This document shows, in pieces, positions 1 through 9,109 of a DNA stretch of 64,000 nucleotides (position 1 is the first letter of the stretch; each line of letters begins with the position of its first letter). The position numbers were made by a program, and so were the translations under genes. Below the pieces are notes generated by a model that searched no databases, was not told where the DNA came from, and saw only the letters and a list, made by a program, of their open reading frames with translations. Source of the DNA: Candidatus Bathyarchaeota archaeon (GTDB lineage Archaea; Thermoproteota; Bathyarchaeia; Bathyarchaeales; Bathycorpusculaceae); assembly GCA_963767735.1 (NCBI GenBank), contig CAVYES010000008.1, positions 96,001 to 160,000 on the forward strand, read 5' to 3'.

Positions 1-2
1 GC

Positions 3-200
3 TACATCATTACAGACGAGGAAATGTTCAAAACCTTTAACATGGGCTGGGGGTTCGGCATAATCGTTGACAAAACAGAAATCGATAATGCCATGAATAC
101 GCTAGAGCAGGACAATGTAAAACCTGAAATAATAGGAAAAGTGACAGACAAACAAACCGTAGAAATAAAGCACAAAAACAAAATAATGACATTGACGTAA
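3..200 (+). CDS. purM: Phosphoribosylformylglycinamidine cyclo-ligase (AIR synthase), 3' end only
   Basis: Hand translation from nt 3: YIITDEEMFKTFNMGWGFGIIVD...IIGKVTDKQTVEIKHKNKIMTLT*; EMxxTFNMGxG is the PurM C-terminal motif; directly upstream of purS. Confidence 0.9.
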   Translation, partial: YIITDEEMFKTFNMGWGFGIIVDKTEIDNAMNTLEQDNVKPEIIGKVTDKQTVEIKHKNKIMTLT

Positions 201-258
201 AATTTTGCTTTTTTTAGTACAAAAGCGTTTAAATCTTCTAGCTTAATTTAAAGGCTTT

Positions 259-510
259 ATGAAATACCGCGCTAAAATAGAAGTTAGCCTAAAACCAGGC
301 CATAGCAATCCTGAAGGGGAAACAATAGCTCGTTTACTCAAAGAACTCAGCTACAAGATACAAGCCGTAGATGTGAGTAAAGTTTACACCCTCACCTTTG
401 AAGCGCCAACATTGCAAGAAGCCAGCGCAAAAGCCGAAGAAATGAGCAAGCGCCTTTTGGCAAACCCAACCAAAGACAATTACACGATAAATGTTGAGGA
501 GCAGAAATGA
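259..510 (+). CDS. purS: FGAM synthase subunit PurS
   Basis: 83 aa, LKPG..NPEG and LLANP motifs; stop overlaps the purL start. Confidence 0.95.
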   Translation: MKYRAKIEVSLKPGHSNPEGETIARLLKELSYKIQAVDVSKVYTLTFEAPTLQEASAKAEEMSKRLLANPTKDNYTINVEEQK

Positions 511-2888
511 ACGCTAACCTCTACATCCCCCGCAAAGCCGGGTACGCGCTCTATGAAGTTGCAGTAGCAAAAGCCAGCGACCAACAACTCATCGAAATCA
601 GCAACGAACTCGCCTTAGGCTTAAACCTGCAAGAAATGAAGAGCATACAAGCCTACTTCAAAGCGGAAGGCAGAAACCCAACAGATGTGGAACTGCAAAC
701 CATCAGCCAAACATGGTCAGAACATTGCTACCATAAAACCTTCAAAGGAAAAATCCAAATCGGCGGCAAAGAAATCGAGAGCCTATTCAAAACCTTCATT
801 GCAAAAGTCACAAAAGAAATCAGGGCGCCGTGGTGCTTCAGCGTCTTCGAGGACAACGCGGGCATTGTCCGCTTCGATAAAGGTTATGGAATAGCAGCAA
901 AAGTTGAAACACACAACCACCCTTCGGCTGTTGAACCCTTCGGCGGCGCAGCAACCGGCGTTGGCGGCGTAATTCGAGACATCTTAGGTGTCTGGGCTGA
1001 CCCCATCGCATGCACAGATGTTTTAGGTTTCGGACCATTAGACTACGATTACAACAAGCTTCCTGCAGGAGTAAAACACCCAAAATACGTTTACATGGGC
1101 GTCACCGCAGGCATCAGCGCGTATGGCAATAACATGGGTATCCCAACAGTCAACGGAGCAATATACTTCGACGAAAGCTACACAGGCAACGTCACCGTCT
1201 ACTGCGGATGCATAGGTCTACTGCCACTAAACAAATTCACTAAAAATGCCAAACCAGAACACATAATCGTTTTAGCAGGCGGAAAAACAGGACGCGACGG
1301 CATCCACGGCGTCACTTTCGCCTCCGCCGAACTAACTGAAAAATCAGAAGAAATCTCCCGTCCAGCAGTGCAAATCGCCGACCCGATAGAAGAAGAAAAG
1401 GTCAAACGTGCGATAATTGAAATCCGCGACCTACAATTGGCATCGGCAACAACCGACCTTGGCGGCGGAGGCTTGTCCTCAGCAGTCGGCGAAACCGCTG
1501 AAAAATTCGATTGTGGAACAACCATCGAGCTTGACAAGGTACCGTTGAAATATCAGGGTTTGGCGCCATGGGAAATTTACATTTCAGAATCCCAAGAAAG
1601 AATGCTCATAACAGTACCACCTGAAAACCTCGAGCGGGTTATGGCGGTTTTTGAAAAAGAGGACGTTCAAGCCACAGCAATTGGCAAACTTACAACCGAC
1701 CGCCGCTTACAGCTTAATTTTAATGGTGAGAAAGTTGCCGACATGGACATGACTTTCCTGTTTAACCCCTGCGAAAGCACGAAAACGGCAACCATCGAAA
1801 CCCCAAACTTCACGGAACCAGAGTTTCCCCAGCCAGAAAACCTAACAGAAACCCTTCTGCAGCTTCTTTCGGCTCCAAACATTGCCAGCAAAGAAAGCGT
1901 CATACGCACTTACGACCATGAGGTAAAAGGAAACACCACTCTCAAACCCCTACAAGGAGAGTACGCTGGACCAAACGATGCAGCTGTGTTGAAACCCCTT
2001 GATGATTCATGGAAAGGCTTAGTTATTTCGTGCGGAATGAACCCGAATTACGGAAAAATTGATGCTTACTGGATGGCTGCTTCAGCTATTGATGAGGCAG
2101 TTAGAAACAACGTTGCCGTCGGAGGAAGAAGAATTGCGCTGCTGGATAATTTCACGTGGGGAAACCCTGAGAAGCCAGAGCGTTTGGGCTCGCTGGTAAG
2201 AGCCTGCGAAGCATGCTATGACTATGCCAGGGCGTATAAGACCCCGTTTATCTCGGGAAAAGATAGCCTCTACAACGAGTCCCCTCTTGGACCAGTTACG
2301 CCGACACTTCTAATTACCGCCATAGGCATAATCCCCAACATTCAATTCACCACCTCGATGGATTTGAAAGCAACAGACAACCTGCTCTATATCATCGGGG
2401 ACACATTCAATGAGCTGGGCGGTTCGGAATACTATAAGCTCAAAGGCCACTTAGGCGCAAACGTGCCCAAAGTGAAAGGAGCCAAAGCTAAACGCACATT
2501 CAGAACCGTCACTAAAGCCATCGATTCAGGCTTAATCAAATCCTGCCATGACCTTTCCGAAGGCGGGTTAGCGGTGGCGACGGCGGAGATGGCGTTTGCA
2601 GGCGGATACGGCTTAGAGTTAGATTTAGATAAAGTGCCATGCAAAGAGTTAGCGCGAAATGATTTTGTATTGTTTTCAGAGTCAAACAGCCGCTTCCTTA
2701 TGGAAGTCTCAGAAACTGACAGGCAGGAATTCGAATCTTTGATGAAGGGCAAAGGCTGTTGCCAAATTGGCAAAGTAACCAAAGACCAGAAACTGCTCAT
2801 CCACGGATTAAACCAAAAAATAGTTGTGGACGCCTCACTTTCAGAGTTGCGGCGTAGTTGGAAAAAAACATTAAGCGGGGAATCCTGA
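507..2888 (+). CDS. purL: FGAM synthase subunit PurL
   Basis: QTWSEHCYHK, KVETHNHPSAVEP, GRDGIHG, SESQERM and ISGKDSLYNE motifs. Confidence 0.98.
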   Translation: MNANLYIPRKAGYALYEVAVAKASDQQLIEISNELALGLNLQEMKSIQAYFKAEGRNPTDVELQTISQTWSEHCYHKTFKGKIQIGGKEIESLFKTFIAKVTKEIRAPWCFSVFEDNAGIVRFDKGYGIAAKVETHNHPSAVEPFGGAATGVGGVIRDILGVWADPIACTDVLGFGPLDYDYNKLPAGVKHPKYVYMGVTAGISAYGNNMGIPTVNGAIYFDESYTGNVTVYCGCIGLLPLNKFTKNAKPEHIIVLAGGKTGRDGIHGVTFASAELTEKSEEISRPAVQIADPIEEEKVKRAIIEIRDLQLASATTDLGGGGLSSAVGETAEKFDCGTTIELDKVPLKYQGLAPWEIYISESQERMLITVPPENLERVMAVFEKEDVQATAIGKLTTDRRLQLNFNGEKVADMDMTFLFNPCESTKTATIETPNFTEPEFPQPENLTETLLQLLSAPNIASKESVIRTYDHEVKGNTTLKPLQGEYAGPNDAAVLKPLDDSWKGLVISCGMNPNYGKIDAYWMAASAIDEAVRNNVAVGGRRIALLDNFTWGNPEKPERLGSLVRACEACYDYARAYKTPFISGKDSLYNESPLGPVTPTLLITAIGIIPNIQFTTSMDLKATDNLLYIIGDTFNELGGSEYYKLKGHLGANVPKVKGAKAKRTFRTVTKAIDSGLIKSCHDLSEGGLAVATAEMAFAGGYGLELDLDKVPCKELARNDFVLFSESNSRFLMEVSETDRQEFESLMKGKGCCQIGKVTKDQKLLIHGLNQKIVVDASLSELRRSWKKTLSGES

Positions 2889-3703
2889 TGAACCAAGAAG
2901 AAATCAGAGTCTGCGTTTTGCGTGTCGGAGGAACCAACTGCGATGCAGAAACTGAGAGGACTTTTTTGGAGTTAGGTGTCCATGCGGAGACTTTGCACGT
3001 TAACGAGCTGATAAAACGCAAAAACCTGCTTGATTATCAGATGCTGGTTTTTCCAGGCGGCTTCTCATTTGGCGATTACGTGCGTTCAGGCGTCATTTTT
3101 GCACGGTGGCTCAGCGCCAAATTGGGCAGGGAGATTGAAACTTTTATTGATGAAGGCAGACCGATTCTGGGCATATGCAACGGCTTTCAAATACTGGTTG
3201 AATATGGTTTGCTTCCGGGCTTCGAAGGAATGAGCGCTTATCCAGAGGCGACATTGACAACTAATGAGCCAGCGGGCTTCAAGTGCCAGTGGGTTTACCT
3301 CAAAAACGAGAATAGAGGAAAATGCATGTTCTCAAGCAAAATCCCAGCTGGAAAGGTGGTGAGGATGCCGATTGCCCATGGAGAAGGCAGGTTGCTTTTC
3401 CCCAAAGAGAAGGAAAAGGAAATACTTGCAAAATTAATCGATAATGACATGGTGGTTTTCCGTTACTGCGACAAAGGCGGCAACGTTGCCGACGGCAAGT
3501 ATCCAGCAAATCCGAACGGCGCCTTTCATGACATCGCAGGCATATGTAACAAGGAAGGAAACATTTTCGGTTTGATGCCTCACCCAGAAAGAGCACTTTA
3601 TTGGTGGCAGCAACCTGACTGGACACGCCAACAGCAAATGCTACAATATGGCGACGGAAAACTAATCTTCCAAAGCATAATCGACAAACTAACCCAGAAA
3701 TGA
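2888..3703 (+). CDS. purQ: FGAM synthase glutaminase subunit PurQ
   Basis: GTNCD, PGGFSFGD, GICNGFQ, AHGEG and MPHPER motifs; the ATG at 2888 overlaps the purL stop (TGATG). Confidence 0.97.
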   Translation: MNQEEIRVCVLRVGGTNCDAETERTFLELGVHAETLHVNELIKRKNLLDYQMLVFPGGFSFGDYVRSGVIFARWLSAKLGREIETFIDEGRPILGICNGFQILVEYGLLPGFEGMSAYPEATLTTNEPAGFKCQWVYLKNENRGKCMFSSKIPAGKVVRMPIAHGEGRLLFPKEKEKEILAKLIDNDMVVFRYCDKGGNVADGKYPANPNGAFHDIAGICNKEGNIFGLMPHPERALYWWQQPDWTRQQQMLQYGDGKLIFQSIIDKLTQK

Positions 3704-4020
3704 TAAACCTGCAATGAATAATCTGAGTTATCTCGAGCACTTTTACAGGCTAATTAGCAAAAGCTAGGTCAACAAAACGATAGTTCAGCTGAAACTTAGA
3801 AGGGAAAAGTCTGGTTTTTTTTGGGCGACTCAGAATGCGCGGGCAACTCTTGCTCTTGCAGACTGAAGGATTGAATAAGACGCAACTTGTAATTTAATGA
3901 AGTGCACGTATTTAAGAGAGGCAAAAAGAGAAACAATAAAGATTTCTAGGCTTTTTTCCCTTAATCTGCGTCAACTATTTATAGTACTTTAGGCTAGATT
4001 TATGATTAGGGTGGACATGT

Positions 4021-4500
4021 TTGTCAACCAAAATTAAAGTGGGAGACAAGGCGCAGGATTTCACTCTACCGGATATCGACATGAACCCCAGAGAACTAAA
4101 AGATTTTCTAGGACAAAAAATCGTATTGGCTTTCTCCGTTGACGCGTTCACATCAAGATGCACAAAAGAGATTTGTGAGTTCCGCGATTTCATATCTCGA
4201 CTTGTTGATTTGAATGTCCAAATTATCGGAATAAGCGCAAATGATCCCTTCACAAACACCGATTTCGCAGAAAAAAATAGGGTGGTCTTTCCAGTACTAT
4301 GGGACTACAGACGGCAGGTTTCCAAAACCTATGGTTTAGAATCGGAGAATTTTGCCGTGAACGAAGGCTACTCGGTTCCTAAACGCTCAATTTTTATCTT
4401 AGACTCGAAAGGTTTAGTGCAGTATGTTTGGGCTTCAGGTAATCCAGCAGCTGAACCAAACTATCAGGAAATACAGATGAAAATAAAAGAAATCATTTAG
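4021..4500 (+). CDS. AhpC/TSA-family peroxiredoxin-like redoxin
   Basis: KVGDKAxDFTLP, FTSRCTKE (peroxidatic Cys; the Pro of PxxxTxxC is replaced), KRSIFILD..G.V.Y. Confidence 0.85.
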   Translation: MSTKIKVGDKAQDFTLPDIDMNPRELKDFLGQKIVLAFSVDAFTSRCTKEICEFRDFISRLVDLNVQIIGISANDPFTNTDFAEKNRVVFPVLWDYRRQVSKTYGLESENFAVNEGYSVPKRSIFILDSKGLVQYVWASGNPAAEPNYQEIQMKIKEII

Positions 4501-4734
4501 ATGCCCGTCGGCTATTTCCAAAAAAATGAAACATAATAAGCGATTTTCTATTGGGTTAAAGGATTTCGATCCCTGACAATTCGTAAGGTCAAATCGGGCA
4601 AGGAGTGGTAACACTCTCTCTTTTTATAGTTTAAACCGCTTCTCAGACTATTGTTGTTTTAAAGAATCCTTAAAGTGTCGGATTCTTGGACAGTCATCTG
4701 AAAAAGTTTGTTTTTTTAGAGCATTATCGAGAGA

Positions 4735-5649
4735 CTAGTAGAGAACTGTTAAATCCTTAGCGTAGGGCAAGCCTGCACGGGCACCCATCGCCGTAACGCT
4801 TCTTGAAGCTACAAAATTCCCCAGTCGTCCGCATTCGTAGAGGCTTTTTTTGGTAATTAAGCCGTAGAGGAAGCCTGCGCAGAAAGCGTCCCCAGCGCCA
4901 GTCGTGTCGACTGCTTTAACTGTGAAGGGTTCAATTCTTAGTTTCTGCTCGCCGTCTGTAACGTAGCAGCCTAGGCTGCCAAGTTTAACCGCGACAATTT
5001 TAACTCCCAGTCCAATCATTAAATCTGCGCCCTCACGGTAATCAGCTTCTCCTGATAAAAGCTCAAGTTCAACAGTGTTAGGTATCAAAACGTAAGAACT
5101 CCTAATTAATGGCTCAATAACCGCAAAACCCTTCTGTGCATACACCGAGCCAGGGTCAAAGCTGATTTTCACGGAGTTAGGTAGAGCAGCTAAGAGCTTT
5201 TTTTGTGCACGGAAAGATTTTTCGCCGACAAAAGAGGATTGATGAAGAAATTTTGTCTCAGAAAGATAACTGTAATTTATTTCTCGAGGTTCGATTGTAT
5301 CGTTGACGCCTGAGTTAACGTATAGCGCTCTTGCGCCTTTCTTATCCACGAAGCCCATTACTGAACCGCTTTTTCCATTTTTTGCCTGAATAATGCCGCT
5401 GGTGTCGACGCCTTCATTGCTAAAACAGTCAATTTGCAGTTTGCCTTCACGGTCATTGGCTACTTTGCCTATGAAACCAACTTTGCAACCGAGCCTTGCC
5501 AACCCCACAACAGTGTTTGCGGCGGAACCGCCACATGCTTCCGTATAGTCTTCTATGAAGCTTTCTTCTTCAGCGCCCGCAAGCCTTTCGGTCTTGAAGA
5601 GCATATCAACGTTAAGTGCGCCAAAACCTACAACATCAAACTTAGTCAT
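4735..5649 (-). CDS. PfkB/ribokinase-family kinase (EhaT-like)
   Basis: GGSAAN and DTTGAGDAF PfkB signatures; ATGA overlap with the upstream ftr-like gene. Confidence 0.92.
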   Translation of the reverse strand: MTKFDVVGFGALNVDMLFKTERLAGAEEESFIEDYTEACGGSAANTVVGLARLGCKVGFIGKVANDREGKLQIDCFSNEGVDTSGIIQAKNGKSGSVMGFVDKKGARALYVNSGVNDTIEPREINYSYLSETKFLHQSSFVGEKSFRAQKKLLAALPNSVKISFDPGSVYAQKGFAVIEPLIRSSYVLIPNTVELELLSGEADYREGADLMIGLGVKIVAVKLGSLGCYVTDGEQKLRIEPFTVKAVDTTGAGDAFCAGFLYGLITKKSLYECGRLGNFVASRSVTAMGARAGLPYAKDLTVLY

Positions 5650-6554
5650 GGAAACAACTCCTTTAACAATATTTTGTGTTCACCTAGTTTGCCTCCGTAG
5701 TTGCCAGCGGAAACTTTTACAACTCCGTCAATTCCGAGTATTGCTTCTATCCCGACTTTGGTGGCTTCTTTTACAGCTGCTAAGGACACGCCGTTATAAA
5801 CTATTTCGGCTATGTAGCCGACGTCTTCAGGCACACGAGATTCTTTGCCTATCTTTTTCTTTAGAGAAGGACAATAAAGATGATTTGTTGTTGGACCAAT
5901 TTTTGGAAAATGTGTTTCAGGCTTTGAGCCGGCAGAGCAGACGTCAAAGGGCGTAACTACACCAGTCACATTGTGTATGGCAACTAATGCTTTTTCTCCT
6001 GCTTGCTTTAGGGCTTGTTTTGTTTTGCACAGAACCCAAAAGTTTCCGCCCATGACACCGCGTGCATAGCCCAAGTACCGTTCAATAACGAAGTCAGGAA
6101 CCATCAAGGGAACAACGATAACCTCTCTGCCGTCGCGTTTTTCAACCCACTCGTACCCATCACCGCAGTGCCCAACAGTCTCCATCATGTCCATTTTACC
6201 TTCAGCTTTGGGCAAAGTGTCGTATACGGCGGTGAATGGCTTGACTAGGATGTCTTGGCGGATGCGGTAGGAAAGCTCAGTCTCAAATTTTCGCAGTGAT
6301 TGTTCAAAGGTTTTTTTGGGGTTTATTTCTCCCCAGAATTGCAGTATTGCACCTGATCGTTTGTCTGGGGTTTCTTTTTGGCTGAGGTATTTTTCGACGC
6401 CTCCTTCTGTTCTTCCGATCACAACAGATGGCGTTGCCGTTGAATCCTCAGCAGCCTTATGCAAAGTTTCTTCATCGTCTGCTGTGACGATTACTCGACA
6501 ATAAATTCCAGTGAAAGCTTCTGCGTACGTGTCCTCTATCTGCGCTTTTGGCAT
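5646..6554 (-). CDS. ftr: Formylmethanofuran:tetrahydromethanopterin formyltransferase homologue (Ftr paralogue, EhaS-like)
   Basis: IEDTYAEAF, E.GVEK...ETPD.R, GDGYE, GV.GGNF, SAGSK, PTTN and VSAGNYGGKLG are Ftr motifs. Confidence 0.9.
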   Translation of the reverse strand: MPKAQIEDTYAEAFTGIYCRVIVTADDEETLHKAAEDSTATPSVVIGRTEGGVEKYLSQKETPDKRSGAILQFWGEINPKKTFEQSLRKFETELSYRIRQDILVKPFTAVYDTLPKAEGKMDMMETVGHCGDGYEWVEKRDGREVIVVPLMVPDFVIERYLGYARGVMGGNFWVLCKTKQALKQAGEKALVAIHNVTGVVTPFDVCSAGSKPETHFPKIGPTTNHLYCPSLKKKIGKESRVPEDVGYIAEIVYNGVSLAAVKEATKVGIEAILGIDGVVKVSAGNYGGKLGEHKILLKELFP

Positions 6555-7637
6555 TTATCCAAGCCCCCCAATGGCTACTCCTCGCACCTTTTTTCTGAAT
6601 TCGCTACTTTCTTTTACTATTGATTCCATATTTTGCGCTGTTAATATTTGAGCGTTAGGCAACGCGTTGGGATACAAATCTGTGAGCTTTTTTACCAAAA
6701 CATCGTCGACTCCGTATTTTTTGAGCGTACCATAACTCCAAGAGCAAATGGCGCTTATTGTTTTTTCTCTTCCAAACCTGCTGAACAAGTCAGCAATCAC
6801 TGCAGTAACAAGATTGCTATCGGACAAAACGGCTACTGCAGCATTTTTTACTGCGTAACTGTTTCCGTTGAAAGATATTGTTAAGCCTTCGTTGGCTCGA
6901 ACCAGTTTGAAGGCTTCCACGTCCGTTATGCTGTCGCCCACATACATCACATCCGCTAAATCTGCGCCCAAACGCTTCACGATATCCCGGATTGCCTCCG
7001 CTTTCTGTTCCCCGCCAACCGTTACCACGTCGATAAGGAATTTGCCGATGAACATCTTGGGGATTTCAATCCAGAAAACCTCGTCAAAACGCCGAATAAC
7101 CGTTTGGTCACTGGCTGAAAAATCTTCGATGTTTTTTGCGGATGGCGGGATATCAATTAAATGCATTTGCGCAATTTCTTGTGCTATTTCTTTTAGGCGA
7201 TCTTTTTCTTTCGGAGTGATGGCGCATTTGTCGAGGCTCACTTTGGTGCAGTAAGTGTTTTTGTATGGGAAGTCGAGGGCTTTGCATAGGGCTTTGATAT
7301 AGTGTTGGTAGCTTGTGCTGACGATAAAGGCATCAGTTATGGCTTGTACATGGTGAAGGGTAGCCTGGCTGTTAGCAATTAACATGATGTTTTTGGATGA
7401 GAAATCTTCCATTTGCCGGTCGGTTATGCCGTATGCTTTGAAGAAAGGCAAAATGAGCTTTAAGGTGCTACCGGCAGAGTAACCTGGTTTGTGCAGAATA
7501 TCCGCCAATACATCATCATATTTGCTGATGTTAGCGAAAAGTTGGTCTCCATTTGGAATAAAATTTGCTGCTAACTCATAGGCATTGTCGTTTTTTGAGA
7601 TTGGCCCTTCGCAGTCGGATATGAAGATGCGCTTCAC
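6555..7637 (-). CDS. HAD-superfamily protein, EhaR/COG4030-like
   Basis: FISDCEGPISKNDNA (motif I variant), IVSTSY (II), K (III), YVGDSITD (IV), SFNGN.YA; its GTG start overlaps the purD stop. Confidence 0.8.
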   Translation of the reverse strand: MKRIFISDCEGPISKNDNAYELAANFIPNGDQLFANISKYDDVLADILHKPGYSAGSTLKLILPFFKAYGITDRQMEDFSSKNIMLIANSQATLHHVQAITDAFIVSTSYQHYIKALCKALDFPYKNTYCTKVSLDKCAITPKEKDRLKEIAQEIAQMHLIDIPPSAKNIEDFSASDQTVIRRFDEVFWIEIPKMFIGKFLIDVVTVGGEQKAEAIRDIVKRLGADLADVMYVGDSITDVEAFKLVRANEGLTISFNGNSYAVKNAAVAVLSDSNLVTAVIADLFSRFGREKTISAICSWSYGTLKKYGVDDVLVKKLTDLYPNALPNAQILTAQNMESIVKESSEFRKKVRGVAIGGLG

Positions 7638-9049
7638 GCCTTGCGCCTCAAACTGTCCATGTGGCGGATGCTTTTGGCTATATGCTGCTTTGAAGCAATG
7701 TCGTTTCGGTTCCAGAGTGCTCCGCCCGTGATTGCTTTGGCGCCTTCAAGGCTGATTTGCCGTGCTTCCTCAATGCTGCCTCCGATGCCTAAGATGCCGA
7801 CGGCGCGTGATTTGAGAGCGTAATTTTTGCCGTCTCGGATTTCCATTGAGCCGGGGTAAATGCGAATATTGTTACCGTATTTTGCTATTAGCGCTTGAGC
7901 CTTTGAAAGATCAATGGGACTGTTAATTGCTAGCTTATCAATTTTGTTTGGGAAAATGTCTGCGTAGCCTCCATAGTCCGAGGGAACTTTGTAAGTTAAA
8001 ACCGAGGCAGCGTTCTTCAATTTGACATTCGCTAGGCTGCCCTCTACCATTTCAAAGCATAACTCAACAAAATCATCCTGAATTAGCGGTAACAAATTTA
8101 TTATTTCTGGGTCGCCTGGACGACTGTTTATCTCAAGAACCTTAATGCCCTTGGCCGTATGCATAAAAGCAAGATATAATGGCACGCCTTTGAGCGCGGT
8201 GTCATCTTTGAATTTGGAGCTCCAGCCCCTGAAAATCTTATTAGCCAACGCCAACTCCTGCTCACGATCAGACACTCTTAAGAAGGGCAGTTTGTCGTCG
8301 GCGCCTTTGTATGAACCCATGCCCCCAGTGTTTGGACCCTTATCATCGTCGAATGCGCGCTTGTAATCCCGTGTGTCAGGGAGCGGCAGGAAATGTTTGC
8401 CGTCGCAGAAAGCCATGAAGCTGGATTCTTCCCCGTCGACCTTCTCCTCGATTATGACGCTACCATATTTGAAATTGGACATGAAATGCTCAAACAACTC
8501 TTCACGGTTGGCAAAATGGTCACCCCATACACCGACGCCCTTTCCTAAGGCTGGCTTATCAGGCTTCACCACTGCCTCGTTATCCAGCTCGTCTAGATAA
8601 CGGTACACATCGGCTTTAACGTCTCCATGATCCTTGTAGTCGGCTGGATTAAAAACCTTAAAGCGCGGGTTTGCCTCTGGCGCGATCTGAGCGAAAAGTT
8701 CTCGCTGTTCAACCTTGCTTACTTCTATTGCGTACCGTTGCTTGGGGCAAATGACTGGTATTCCTGTCCGTTTCTCAAGTTGGTCGCGGACGCCTTCTAT
8801 TATGGGTTTTTCTGAGCCAACAAGCGCGAAGTCGATTTTGTCCTTGTTTGCTTCTGCGAACTTGCAGATTTCCTCCACATCAAGGTTTGGTATGACGGCG
8901 TGTTTTGTCGCTTTCTCTGCGTTGAAAGGGTTGCACTGCTTGTCGGCGATGTAGAGTTCTACGTGGTATTTTGTGCTTTGTAGAAGGGCATCGACCATGG
9001 CGACTTCTCTTGCGCCGTAAGAAATGACCAGTACACCGATTTTTTCCAT
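7634..9049 (-). CDS. purD: Phosphoribosylamine--glycine ligase (GAR synthetase)
   Basis: GAREVA, VVKPD...GKGV, IEE..GEE.S, DYKRAFDDDKGPNTGGMGS and EINSRPGDPE motifs. Confidence 0.95.
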   Translation of the reverse strand: MEKIGVLVISYGAREVAMVDALLQSTKYHVELYIADKQCNPFNAEKATKHAVIPNLDVEEICKFAEANKDKIDFALVGSEKPIIEGVRDQLEKRTGIPVICPKQRYAIEVSKVEQRELFAQIAPEANPRFKVFNPADYKDHGDVKADVYRYLDELDNEAVVKPDKPALGKGVGVWGDHFANREELFEHFMSNFKYGSVIIEEKVDGEESSFMAFCDGKHFLPLPDTRDYKRAFDDDKGPNTGGMGSYKGADDKLPFLRVSDREQELALANKIFRGWSSKFKDDTALKGVPLYLAFMHTAKGIKVLEINSRPGDPEIINLLPLIQDDFVELCFEMVEGSLANVKLKNAASVLTYKVPSDYGGYADIFPNKIDKLAINSPIDLSKAQALIAKYGNNIRIYPGSMEIRDGKNYALKSRAVGILGIGGSIEEARQISLEGAKAITGGALWNRNDIASKQHIAKSIRHMDSLRRKA

Positions 9050-9109
9050 CGAGATACACCGTTATGCATAGAGAGTTGAGGAATCGCTTAATTTGCTTTG
9101 CTCAAACGG

